DNA of 42,935 bases, from NCBI GenBank assembly GCA_050287085.1, contig JBNKBE010000034.1, positions 1 to 42,935 on the forward strand. Direction: 5' to 3'. Shown piece after piece: positions 41,165 through 42,935 of the stretch. The stretch is from Polyangiaceae bacterium (lineage in GTDB: Bacteria; Myxococcota_A; Polyangia; Polyangiales; Polyangiaceae). The notes under the pieces are model-generated. The model was not told the DNA's origin. It saw only the letters and a program-made list of their open reading frames with translations, and made no database searches. Within the stretch, counting starts at the first letter, position 1. Every line of letters begins with the position of its first letter. Both the position numbers and the translations under genes were made by a program.

Positions 41165-41190
41165 TACGTCTGAGAGCGCTGGCCGGTTAC
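41165..41190 (-). promoter_or_regulatory. Putative ECF sigma promoter (GTAACC-N16-CGTA)
   Basis: Exact 16-nt spacing; -10 element ends 9 nt before ATG 41155, no SD. Confidence 0.5.
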
Positions 41191-41296
41191 CTCCAACCCG
41201 GGACCAGCCCCTTTCGGGTCACAGGACCGGGTGTGCCGCGCTACGGCCGCCGCGTTTCACAGCTTGAGCAACGGAGCGCGCGTACAATCTCAAATC

Positions 41297-42379
41297 ATGC
41301 TCACACGGACCATCCCAGCCGTTGGCGGCCCCCTCCGCCAGGCCACCCTTGCACTCGCGTTTGGGATGGCCGTGACCGGTTTGCGATGTGAAAACCCAAA
41401 GGGCACAACAATCGAGTCGACCGAGCTGGGCCAAGCGCAAGACACCGAAGCGCTGCGCGCGGCGCGGCTCCCTCGCCCGGGCGAGGCCACGCCGCGCCGC
41501 ATTGCTCAGCCCCAAGGCCATTTCGCCCGGGAAGGATTCGTGCGCATGGCGCCACCGCTTCAGCTCCCGGGACGCGCATCGCGGCGGGACTGGACCGACG
41601 TTTGGCTGCGACTGCCGGAGCATGGGCAACTGGACGTACTCCCAGACGCCAGGGGGCGGCTGCGGCTCACCTACCCAAACGGAACCATCGCCGACCGCGT
41701 AGAATTCGTCTCCTTCGGCGAGCCTCCCAACCCCACGTGGAGCATCGCCGACGTGCGCGGAACCGAGCTCGTCCAGGGTCGCGAACTATTCCACGCCCTG
41801 CGGCCCACCGCCAACACGGCTCACGCCCCCTTGGAAGGCTTCGCCTGGTTCCGCGACGACGCCACCGCCAGCTCCGCCGCTACGGAACAGCTAGCGACAC
41901 GGGTGGCGAAACTTGCGCAAGTCGCGCCCCAGACTGAAGTCGTGCGGCGCGCTCGAGCCAACAATCAGTGTGCAAGCTGTCACCTTCACGACCGCGACGA
42001 CAACGCGAGTTGGCGTCAGTTCGGACTCGTCAACCGCGGTACGGATCACGCCGGCTTCTTTGTCGTTCGGACGGTGTTGGCAGGACAGGCGCCACTGGAA
42101 ACGTATCTGCCCCATGAGCGCAACCTCAACGACCCGCTGATTCGCTTCGTCTGTCCCAACGACGGCGAAACGTCACTTGCCAGCCGCGGCGACGACGGTC
42201 TCCCTCATTGCGCGAGCGGCAGGATTCCGGTCGGGGTTCTTGACGTTGCCAAAGGACTCGCCCTGCACGATCGCAGAACGCGAGACCTCTGTGCCGCCCG
42301 CCGATACCTTGGCAGACACATGACCACTCGGGCTCGCGAGCATTACGCAAGGGCCTTGGCCGAGTGTGGTCCCCAATAG
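41297..42379 (+). CDS. Exported hypothetical protein with one CxxCH heme-binding motif
   Basis: Hydrophobic N-terminal signal (LALAFGMAVTGLRC), CASCH, four further Cys in the C-terminal part; no family recognised. Confidence 0.65.
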   Translation: MLTRTIPAVGGPLRQATLALAFGMAVTGLRCENPKGTTIESTELGQAQDTEALRAARLPRPGEATPRRIAQPQGHFAREGFVRMAPPLQLPGRASRRDWTDVWLRLPEHGQLDVLPDARGRLRLTYPNGTIADRVEFVSFGEPPNPTWSIADVRGTELVQGRELFHALRPTANTAHAPLEGFAWFRDDATASSAATEQLATRVAKLAQVAPQTEVVRRARANNQCASCHLHDRDDNASWRQFGLVNRGTDHAGFFVVRTVLAGQAPLETYLPHERNLNDPLIRFVCPNDGETSLASRGDDGLPHCASGRIPVGVLDVAKGLALHDRRTRDLCAARRYLGRHMTTRAREHYARALAECGPQ

Positions 42380-42556
42380 GCGACAACCTGAAAACCGGTC
42401 CGAGGCTGCCCAAAGTGCGCAAATCCCGCGCGCCGCGGTAACCGAACTATCCCGTCGAGGATAAGGGTGGGGACGAGGCCAGCTTTCGCGCAGGGCGCTC
42501 CGGGGTTGCCATCCCCCGCGGTGCCTAGCCTTCCTATCTCCCCTCTTTCTTTCCCT

Positions 42557-42577
42557 CCAAGTCCACCTTGGACTTGG
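42557..42577. promoter_or_regulatory. Perfect inverted repeat just upstream of the RBS
   Basis: CCAAGTCCA-cct-TGGACTTGG, ending 22 nt before ATG 42600. Confidence 0.45.
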
Positions 42578-42599
42578 CCCGACCAAAGGAATACGAAAA

Positions 42600-42935
42600 A
42601 TGAAAAAAGGCATTGATGCCGTGCTCAAGGCAGCGCTCCTGGGCGTAGGCGTGTCGGGTCTTGTTGCTTGCAATGACAGCGACAACAACTCCAAGACGTC
42701 CGTGGCAATGTCCGACGCAGGCTGTCCTGGACAGGCAGGCTGTCCTGGGGAAGCAGGATGCCCTGGAACCAACACGTCGGACGCCGGCTGTCCAGGCGCC
42801 GCGGGCTGCCCCGGAAAAGGGGGTGACACCGCCACGGACGCGGGCTGTCCCGGTGCCGCGGGCTGTCCCGGTGCCGCGGGCTGTCCCGGCGCCGCGGGCT
42901 GTCCCGGCGCCGCGGGCTGTCCCGGCGCCGCGGGC
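42600..42935 (+). CDS. Cys-rich AGCPG-repeat lipoprotein (3' truncated; not in ORF track)
   Basis: AAAGGA SD; MKKGIDAVLKAALLGVGVSGLVA-C lipoprotein signal; 10 complete AGCPG motifs; frame open to the window end. Confidence 0.85.
   Translation, partial: MKKGIDAVLKAALLGVGVSGLVACNDSDNNSKTSVAMSDAGCPGQAGCPGEAGCPGTNTSDAGCPGAAGCPGKGGDTATDAGCPGAAGCPGAAGCPGAAGCPGAAGCPGAAG
42840..42935 (+). repeat. 18-bp coding tandem repeat (GCGGGCTGTCCCGGYGCC), over 5 copies, running off the window
   Basis: Directly visible; encodes AGCPGA. Confidence 0.95.

Noticed and set aside
42173..42835. 220-aa minus-strand ORF with PGQPA repeats
   Set aside because: Reverse complement of the AGCPG gene; the plus frame has an SD, a lipoprotein signal and synonymous-site variation
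42840..42935. Possible CRISPR array
   Set aside because: Head-to-tail 18-bp units with no spacers, in frame within a CDS; no cas genes

Overview
GC-rich bacterial window, most likely Myxococcota (Polyangiales/Sorangium-like). This assignment is inferred from the divergent EF-Tu switch I, the S12 insertion, the Ser/Thr-kinase–sigma54-activator fusion and the many lipoproteins. Bases 1-18.1 kb (minus strand) are the core translation/transcription cluster: tRNA-Thr(TGT), tRNA-Tyr, tRNA-Gly, tRNA-Thr(GGT), tuf, rpmG, tRNA-Trp, secE, nusG, rplK, rplA, rplJ, rplL, rpoB, rpoC, rpsL, rpsG, fusA and the start of a second tuf. Bases 18.5-32.4 kb hold mixed housekeeping and envelope genes: TPR lipoprotein, YdcH/DUF465-like protein, trmB, HAD hydrolase, OmpA-like lipoprotein, pntAB, NYN/YacP-like nuclease, aldo/keto reductase, CysQ/IMPase, HEAT-repeat lipoprotein and glutaminase. 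Bases 32.5-40.3 kb form a signalling cluster: HDOD-GGDEF protein, outer-membrane beta-barrel, a 1466-aa kinase/NTPase/TPR/GAF/sigma54 activator and a peroxiredoxin-like lipoprotein. The most unusual region is the right end. A cytochrome P460-family lipoprotein with an ECF-type promoter is divergent from an unrecognised CxxCH protein. That gene is followed by a lipoprotein missing from the ORF track (42600 to the window end), built from at least 10 AGCPG repeats, which is a candidate Cys-rich metal-binding or RiPP precursor. Both window ends fall in repeats, so the window may be a whole contig. No CRISPR array, rRNA or mobile element was seen.
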